NCBI GenBank assembly: GCA_964521185.1
Contig: CAZFRC010000003.1
Location: forward strand, 2,112 to 66,111
Direction of reading: 5' to 3'
From: an uncultured Candidatus Saccharibacteria bacterium
GTDB taxonomy: Bacteria; Patescibacteriota; Minisyncoccia; Phycocordibacterales; UBA12088
Length of the DNA: 64,000 nucleotides
The notes under the pieces were generated by a model. It did no database searches, was not told the origin of the DNA, and saw only the letters and a list, made by a program, of their open reading frames with translations. Of the stretch, positions 57,924 through 64,000 are shown piece after piece (positions within the stretch are counted from its first letter, which is position 1; each line of letters opens with the position of its first letter). The position numbers and the translations under genes were made by a program.

Positions 57924-58454
57924 CTAAAAACCAAGTTGGTCGAGTATATGGTGCGCCAGAGGCTCCTGGAGGTGTTCTTCTTCGAGTACGCGAAGGAGAA
58001 AACGGCGAACCAGTTCGGGATCGACGCCAACCAGGGGGATAACAATAATTGGTATTAACGCTTTTTTTGATCGAATGAGCAGTTTTGGGGTCGTGTAAGG
58101 GATAACGGCATTTTCGTCTTCGTGGGTGATCCAAAAAGAATTGAATGTTTGATACGGAAAAAGTTGGCGATTGATCGTAAGTCCACGTTCTGATAGTACA
58201 AACCGTGAAATCTCTGGACCTCGGCTAGCTAAAAGTGCCAACACAAACGCAGCCATAATGACCAGAAGTCCAAACAGTACATTTCCAAGTATGAACGCGG
58301 CAATTGCAGAGGAAAGAGCAAAAAAACCTACACCCCAAAACCAATCCGTACTCCGTACACGATGTTCGTACTCGTATCCATGCCATTCGACAGATCGTGG
58401 AAGCGGTGGGCGTTTGTTTTGAGTATCGCCCGCATGTGATGGTTGGGGAGGCAT
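57924..58454 (-). CDS. Hypothetical two-TM protein
   Basis: W...EY....RS.DWFW, two TMs, G..IN...PY..F.SFW. Confidence 0.75.
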   Translation of the reverse strand: MPPQPSHAGDTQNKRPPLPRSVEWHGYEYEHRVRSTDWFWGVGFFALSSAIAAFILGNVLFGLLVIMAAFVLALLASRGPEISRFVLSERGLTINRQLFPYQTFNSFWITHEDENAVIPYTTPKLLIRSKKALIPIIVIPLVGVDPELVRRFLLRVLEEEHLQEPLAHHILDQLGF

Positions 58455-58498
58455 TACTGGTAGTGTATCACTGAAAAAATAATTATTGCAGAAGAAAT

Positions 58499-59191
58499 TC
58501 ACACACACCCACCTCGAGCTCTAAGAGCCTCGGTGGCTTTTGGGATGTCTTCTGGATATCCAACATCCATCCAGAATGAGGCTGTTTCCACTTTAACAGG
58601 ATAGTCGCGTGCCATTGCCGCCACCATTGTGGGAATATATGTTTCTCCTTTTGCGCCAACACCCGCTTCGTAGTTAAAAATACGCTCATCAAGCACCATG
58701 GCTCCTGTTGACACCAAGTTCGTCTTTGGATGCTCCGGCTTTTCATTGAAAGCGGTTAATATCCCTTCAGAACTGGTCTCAATCACCCCAAAACGTTCAG
58801 GGTGTTCGTGGGGATGTGCGAGGACGGCAAGATCGTGAGATATCATCCGAGTCAGGCTGTCTTTGTCGAGGAGGCTGTCGCCAAGCACAATCAAAAATTT
58901 TCCAGCAGAAAGGAATGGTCGGGCTAGAATCATCGCGTCAGCGGTCCCTTTGGGAATGTGTTGCGTTACATACACCACAGGATGTCCGCAAAAATGATCG
59001 CCGCAGTACGCGCGTATCATTTCTTCTTTATATCCAACTACCATTATTATCCGTTCAATGCAGTTTGGAAGTGCGTGGACGATATGCTCAACAAGAGGAT
59101 GTCCGCAGATCTCAATGAATGGTTTTGGGCGCTCCAAAGTAAGCGGTCGCATCCGAGTCCCTTCTCCGGCAGCCAATATAAGCGCGTCCAT
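58499..59191 (-). CDS. Sugar-phosphate nucleotidyltransferase (NTP_transferase)
   Basis: ILAAGEGTRMRPLT..RPKP, GTADA, EKP, WMDVG. Confidence 0.9.
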   Translation of the reverse strand: MDALILAAGEGTRMRPLTLERPKPFIEICGHPLVEHIVHALPNCIERIIMVVGYKEEMIRAYCGDHFCGHPVVYVTQHIPKGTADAMILARPFLSAGKFLIVLGDSLLDKDSLTRMISHDLAVLAHPHEHPERFGVIETSSEGILTAFNEKPEHPKTNLVSTGAMVLDERIFNYEAGVGAKGETYIPTMVAAMARDYPVKVETASFWMDVGYPEDIPKATEALRARGGCV

Positions 59192-59303
59192 GGGGTTTCG
59201 ATAATAGCCACAGTAAACAAATTTGAGCAACCAAGTCAACCTTGCTGTTTTCATACACAGCGAAACCCGCACACAAGCAAGAATGTTGCGTGCGGGTTAT
59301 TTT

Positions 59304-59564
59304 CTATCCCACGTTGTCAGGCACTAAATTTTTTGGTTCTCTGCAATGTATCTCCGTAATTCTGTACCCCTCTGGGGGTTTTATTATTGTGAGGGAAATA
59401 AGAGTGTCGATCATCATCTGTGTGCCATTACCTGGACTATTGCAAAGTCTAAATATCTCAATATATTTTGCTGGTTGCTTTTTTAAAGAAAACCCACGAT
59501 CTTCAAAAAAACAATGATTTAATAGAATTGAGCAAATCTTTATTGAAATAACAATTTCAACCAT
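59304..59564 (-). CDS. Small hypothetical protein (86 aa)
   Basis: Strong SD aaaggagg; downstream hairpin aacccgcac...gtgcgggtt. Confidence 0.5.
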   Translation of the reverse strand: MVEIVISIKICSILLNHCFFEDRGFSLKKQPAKYIEIFRLCNSPGNGTQMMIDTLISLTIIKPPEGYRITEIHCREPKNLVPDNVG

Positions 59565-59677
59565 CGTAGCCCTCCTTTTTCATTTTCGACTACGGCTATA
59601 GTATTCTTAATTATTCAAACACACAAGACCTTTTTAGTCGTGCCACGCAGGGCTTTGAAAATCTGAATTTCTGATTT

Positions 59678-59765
<88 letters not shown>

Positions 59766-59895
59766 GAGAGCGTATCGCCATCCTAGCCCACACATGCGTA
59801 TTTCGTCCAGTTTTGATCCGGAGGAGCGCTTGCTGTCTATAGCCTCTAAGATATTGAATTGCTATGCTAGTGGCTAATTGGAACATCATATACGC

Positions 59896-60660
59896 ATGTC
59901 AATCGGCAACTTTTTTAAAGGAGAGAAAAAACCTTCTACCGCGGAACCAGTACCAGAACTATTCCTTCCTTGGGATGTGAGGTATGCCATTCAATATAAA
60001 GAGGGACTGCTTGGAGCTTCAGAGATGAAAGACTTGGTTAATAATGGATTTAAAGACCTCGGTCTCTATCTTTGTCTTAAAGCAAGCGCGAATGATCCGG
60101 AGCTACAACGGGCCATCATTAGTAAACTCGCCAAGGCTATTGCCGATCATCACAAGAGTGGAGAAAATTTGGAAACAAGCATCACAGCCCTTGCGGAAGA
60201 AAGCATTGACGCTCTTCCTGAGCACACAACAGTACAGGGCGCAAAGCTTGCCCTGATTTCCCGACAAGGTATTAATTTGTGGAGAAGATACTACAGAGAG
60301 GCCGCCGAGAAATATGCCAAAGAATCTTCGGTGCGCACATTTATCGTAGGGCACGCAACATTTATAGGACTTTCTGAATTTTTACGCTTTCACGAAGAAC
60401 ATCAAAAACCTCTCCACATTCTTATACCTAATTTTATTGATGATAATAATCGTGAGATATGCGGGTATCGTGTTGTCGGTGCCGATGCGGTATTTTTGCC
60501 AAAAAACTTTGATAGGGATTCTCTCGCGGTGGTGGTGGACGATATTTTTCATACAGGTGATTCGAATAAAAAGATAAAATATTTCTGGTCAGACGGAAGC
60601 ATTCATCCATTACCGAGGTTCGATTTTCTTTACAAGACTACCGACCACACTAACGTCTGA
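59896..60660 (+). CDS. Hypothetical protein with C-terminal phosphoribosyltransferase-like motif
   Basis: AVVVDDIFHTGDS resembles the PRPP-binding loop. Confidence 0.6.
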   Translation: MSIGNFFKGEKKPSTAEPVPELFLPWDVRYAIQYKEGLLGASEMKDLVNNGFKDLGLYLCLKASANDPELQRAIISKLAKAIADHHKSGENLETSITALAEESIDALPEHTTVQGAKLALISRQGINLWRRYYREAAEKYAKESSVRTFIVGHATFIGLSEFLRFHEEHQKPLHILIPNFIDDNNREICGYRVVGADAVFLPKNFDRDSLAVVVDDIFHTGDSNKKIKYFWSDGSIHPLPRFDFLYKTTDHTNV

Positions 60661-60662
60661 GT

Positions 60663-61058
60663 ATGAAAATTCTTGCGATTGACTATGGAGGGAAGAGGAT
60701 TGGTCTTGCAACATCTGACGATACCGGAACTGTTGCGTTTCCGCGCGCTATTATCCCAAACGATGACGGTGCTCTCCGACGTATTCTCGATATGATCCAA
60801 GAAGAGCATATCTCCGAGATCGTTGTTGGCGAGTCAACGGACTATCGCCACGTCCCAAATCCAATTATGAAAAAGATCAATAATGTTATCGATGTTCTTA
60901 AAGAACGTACACGCATTCCGATATATCTTGAGTGGGAGGTACTTACTTCGTCTGAAGCGAGAAGAGGAAGGGAATCGAGGATAAACATTGATGCGGCGGC
61001 AGCGGCGATCCTCCTTCAAACTTTTTTGGATCGCCGTCGCAACACAAAAGACGTATAA
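60663..61058 (+). CDS. ruvX: YqgF/RuvX family nuclease
   Basis: ILAIDYG.KRIGLA.SD, IVVG, E.LTS.EA, IDAAAAAILLQ. Confidence 0.92.
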   Translation: MKILAIDYGGKRIGLATSDDTGTVAFPRAIIPNDDGALRRILDMIQEEHISEIVVGESTDYRHVPNPIMKKINNVIDVLKERTRIPIYLEWEVLTSSEARRGRESRINIDAAAAAILLQTFLDRRRNTKDV

Positions 61059-61068
61059 TCGATATCAT

Positions 61069-61407
61069 ATGACAAATCACATTTCTATTGACGAATTTAA
61101 GAAGCTTTCAATCGGCATCGGCTGTATTCAATCGGCGGAGATAGTGGAAGGCGCCGATAAACTTCTCCGCCTTGTGGTGGATTTTGGAGAAGAAACACCC
61201 CGCCAAATAATTTCTGGTATCCGCGCGTATTTTCCTGATCCTGCTGCTCTCGTTGGCACTAAATGCGCATTTGCAACCAATCTTGAACCGCGCACCATTC
61301 GCGGATTCGAATCAAACGGCATGATACTTGCTGTTTCAACTGATGACGGACTCTTCTCTCTGCTTACCGTCTCACCCCCGATTCCTCCAGGGGCACGGGT
61401 TAAATAA
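61069..61407 (+). CDS. Stand-alone tRNA-binding OB-fold (MetG C-terminal/CsaA-like)
   Basis: ISIDEF.KL, GADKLLRL.VDFG, RQIISGI, NLEPR..RGFESNGMIL. Confidence 0.9.
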   Translation: MTNHISIDEFKKLSIGIGCIQSAEIVEGADKLLRLVVDFGEETPRQIISGIRAYFPDPAALVGTKCAFATNLEPRTIRGFESNGMILAVSTDDGLFSLLTVSPPIPPGARVK

Positions 61408-61410
61408 CGT

Positions 61411-62004
61411 ATGGGAGAGCATTCGATGGTGCGTCGCTCGTGGGAGTGGTTTCGAATGCGGGCACATGGCACGCACGCGAAAGCATGGCTGTTTGTCCTT
61501 TGTTATACCGAAGCATTCATTTCACTCATTGTGCCAGATCCGCTACTCGCGCTCATGGCTTCTGCCGTACCGAATAAATGGCTTCGCGCTACTCTTATTG
61601 CCACCCTTGCAGCAACGCTCGGCGCCATTACCGGCTATCTTGTTGGTGCTCTGATGTTTGATTCGATAGGCGAACGCCTTATTGAATGGTATGGGCTTCA
61701 AAGTGAAGCTGCATACGCAAGTGAGCTCCTTGGACGAAGCGTGTTTTGGGTAACCCTGATTGTTGCGTTTACCCCCTTTCCCGACAAAGTGTTCGTTATT
61801 CTTGCTGGTTTTCTTGGGTTAAATCCAGTTGTAATGACCATAGCGTTTGCGATTGGTCGGGGTGCACGTTTTGGGCTTGTAGGATATTTTTCTGCAAAAT
61901 ATGGGGAACGGCTGATGCTCATTATGTTGCGCGTGTTTGAGAATCCACTGTTCGCAATTATTGGAATCTTGTTTCTCGTGCTCATTTTTTTGTGGTATGC
62001 ATAA
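61411..62004 (+). CDS. DedA/YqaA (VTT domain) membrane protein
   Basis: EAFI...PD, LGA..GY..G, FTPFPDKVF..LAG, GRGARF. Confidence 0.88.
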   Translation: MGEHSMVRRSWEWFRMRAHGTHAKAWLFVLCYTEAFISLIVPDPLLALMASAVPNKWLRATLIATLAATLGAITGYLVGALMFDSIGERLIEWYGLQSEAAYASELLGRSVFWVTLIVAFTPFPDKVFVILAGFLGLNPVVMTIAFAIGRGARFGLVGYFSAKYGERLMLIMLRVFENPLFAIIGILFLVLIFLWYA

Positions 62005-62059
62005 TGATGCATCATATTAAGTAGCTTCCCACATATTAGAGGAGGTATACTAATAAGTA

Positions 62060-63160
62060 ATGGAATTGTTAGATCGAAATACGCCGACGCCATTTCGTGT
62101 GCGCGCGCTGTCGTTATTCCCTCCGCCAAAGATCATGCGTATGCATGCTGTGGGTATCGATATTTCTGATGCATCGCTTAAATACATTTTGTTTAATCGA
62201 AAAGGGAATGGTGTGCAGATTGCTGCCTACGGAAGTAAGGATATCCCCCTGGGGTTAATTGAAAAGGGTCGTATTACTGATGTTTCCGCGCTCTCAAATG
62301 TATTAATAAAGCTTCGAAAACAGCACGGATTTGAATTTGCTCATGTGGCACTTCCGGAAGAGCACGCCTATTTATTTGAAACCGATGTGCCGCGTTCCAT
62401 ATCGTCTGTTTCGGAAATGAAAACGGTCATTGAATTTCGGCTGAAAGAGAATGTTCCGCTTCCACCCGAAGAAACAGTTTTTGATTTTATAGAAATTGGC
62501 AAGAATGTTGAGGGAAATACGATTGTGATTGTGTCCGCGTACGCTCGATCAATTCTTGAGGAATATCAAAAAGTTTTTTTGCAAAGCGGCATCCATCCAA
62601 TATCGTTCGAGGTGGAAGGACAGGCTGTTGGACGAGCGGTTGTGCCTTATAACGATGCGGGAACATACATGCTTGTTGATCTTGGCAAGAGACAAACCGG
62701 AATTTCGATTATCCGGTCCGGAGCACTTGCGTTTGCCGTTAATATTGGATTAGGCGGAGACCATCTCACAAGTTCCATAGCAAAAGCGTTGAAAAAGAAC
62801 GAAGAGGAAGCAGAGCTCATAAAACAAAAAGCAGGTTTTGTTCCCCGGGAAGCAGATGATGAAGTGGCATTTGCTCTTGCCACTACGATGGCCGCGCTTC
62901 GTGACGAAATCAACCAACATTACCTATATTGGCATGCACATCACGAAGGAGATGATACGTCGGTCATTTCATGTGTATATCTTGTCGGGGGAGGCGCAGG
63001 CCTTATGGGGTTTGCCGAATACTTATCAAACGCGCTCCCTGTTCCTGTTAAGCGTGCGGACGTGTGGACGAATGTGCTTTTCAACGATGTGCCCGATATT
63101 GATCGAAGCCGTTCATTTCAGTATGGAACCGCGATCGGGCTTGCTCTCCGTTCAATCTGA
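62060..63160 (+). CDS. pilM: Type IV pilus assembly protein PilM
   Basis: GIDISD.SLK, VDLG...T, GG..LT..I, L.GGGA.L.G, AIGLALR. Confidence 0.88.
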   Translation: MELLDRNTPTPFRVRALSLFPPPKIMRMHAVGIDISDASLKYILFNRKGNGVQIAAYGSKDIPLGLIEKGRITDVSALSNVLIKLRKQHGFEFAHVALPEEHAYLFETDVPRSISSVSEMKTVIEFRLKENVPLPPEETVFDFIEIGKNVEGNTIVIVSAYARSILEEYQKVFLQSGIHPISFEVEGQAVGRAVVPYNDAGTYMLVDLGKRQTGISIIRSGALAFAVNIGLGGDHLTSSIAKALKKNEEEAELIKQKAGFVPREADDEVAFALATTMAALRDEINQHYLYWHAHHEGDDTSVISCVYLVGGGAGLMGFAEYLSNALPVPVKRADVWTNVLFNDVPDIDRSRSFQYGTAIGLALRSI

Positions 63161-63173
63161 TGCACCACCTATA

Positions 63174-63728
63174 ATGAAAACAGATATGACCAATCTTCTC
63201 CCATATAAAAACATGCGCTCAATCCAGATGGAATATTGGTGCCGAGTAGGAATAGTTGTCGGAATTTCATTCACGATCGTGCTGTGCATCGGCATAATAC
63301 TCCTTGTGCCCTCCTACCTATCTTCAAAAGAACATCTCCGCCTAGTTACTGAACAGGAGGCAACGATTGTGGCAGAAATTTCTGCAACTGATGACGCGGA
63401 GTTACAGAAATTGCTTGATAAGATTGAGGATCAAATGGCATCGGTGATGTCACATAGACCAACATTATTTCGTGGAATAAGCGACGTGTTGAGAGAAATT
63501 CCACGTGGGATACAGATCACTGACTTTGTTATGACGACTGAGAAAAGTCGCGAAGTCCGTTTATATGGGATAGCCGATCGTCGAGACACACTCATTCGTT
63601 TTCGAGAGAATTTGGAAGCTTCTCAAAAGTTTGCTGACATTGTTTTGCCGTTATCGGACTTGGCTGCTTCAGAAGACATTTCTTTTGATATTGCGATGAA
63701 ATTTGTGACGCCCTCCATTTCGCCATGA
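63174..63728 (+). CDS. PilN-like protein
   Basis: NLLP motif, single TM, coiled coil, L.G.A..R..L..F; follows pilM. Confidence 0.75.
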   Translation: MKTDMTNLLPYKNMRSIQMEYWCRVGIVVGISFTIVLCIGIILLVPSYLSSKEHLRLVTEQEATIVAEISATDDAELQKLLDKIEDQMASVMSHRPTLFRGISDVLREIPRGIQITDFVMTTEKSREVRLYGIADRRDTLIRFRENLEASQKFADIVLPLSDLAASEDISFDIAMKFVTPSISP

Positions 63729-64000
63729 TCCAGGATATTCATAGACATACATTAATCCGGTTTGCCATTGTGTTTACCGCCCTCTGTGTTTCGGGAAGTT
63801 TTTTCATATTCGAAGCGTTGTCCATTGGACGACACGAGGCTCAAGCCACGAAGATCCAAGAATCCATTGCGGTGTTAAATAATCAGGCTCAAAAAAAAGA
63901 AGCGGCAATATTTACCGTAAAAACCACCGATGAGCTCCAAAAACAAATAGACGCTTTTTTTGTTTCTGAAGAAAAAGTTCCAAGTCTGCTTGCGTTCATT
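63725..64000 (+). CDS. PilO-like protein (3'-truncated)
   Basis: ATGA overlap with the PilN-like gene; MIQDIHRHTLIRFAIVFTALCV TM followed by coiled coil; open to the window end. Confidence 0.55.
   Translation, partial: MIQDIHRHTLIRFAIVFTALCVSGSFFIFEALSIGRHEAQATKIQESIAVLNNQAQKKEAAIFTVKTTDELQKQIDAFFVSEEKVPSLLAFI

Noticed and set aside
57517-58134. 205-aa minus-strand ORF
   Set aside because: Overlaps rpsT antisense, tRNA-Arg and another CDS; no protein motifs.

Overview
Origin-proximal chromosomal segment of a small-genome bacterium, most likely Patescibacteria/CPR (Parcubacteria-like). This assignment is inferred from gene content, CCA-less tRNA genes, standard code 11 and many apparently leaderless genes. 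Core genes: rny, HU, rarA, cca, xth, xer, rpsO, pnp, comM, pcrA, rsmA, the jag-yidC-rnpA-rpmH / dnaA-oriC-dnaN block, a class A PBP, ruvABC, pilB, tsaE, polA, holA, murE, rpsT, ruvX and pilMN(O). There are also 7 tRNAs, an ECF sigma/anti-sigma pair and a CPR-type T4SS-like cluster (VirB6-like, PrgI, split VirB4, VirB2-like pilin). The most notable unannotated signal is a 2.4-kb minus-strand island (about 5590-8003) made of two tandem transcription units. Each has a near-consensus sigma70 promoter, a short leader peptide missing from the ORF track, and mutually exclusive 1:2 / 2:3 / 3:4 hairpins ending in an intrinsic terminator. One leader is aromatic-rich (WFYFFF) and the other is Val/Leu/Ile-rich (VLWVLIL). 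This is the classic ribosome-mediated amino-acid attenuator layout, but here it sits upstream of small orphan ORFs separated by long hairpins rather than biosynthetic genes. Other oddities are a ~160-nt structured RNA candidate at 48.0-48.2 kb, a 186-bp mini-insertion at tRNA-Gly, a tRNA-Pro with a 16-bp extended acceptor stem, and Arg tRNAs with GCG and UCG anticodons. All calls are by eye; no searches or folding programs were run.
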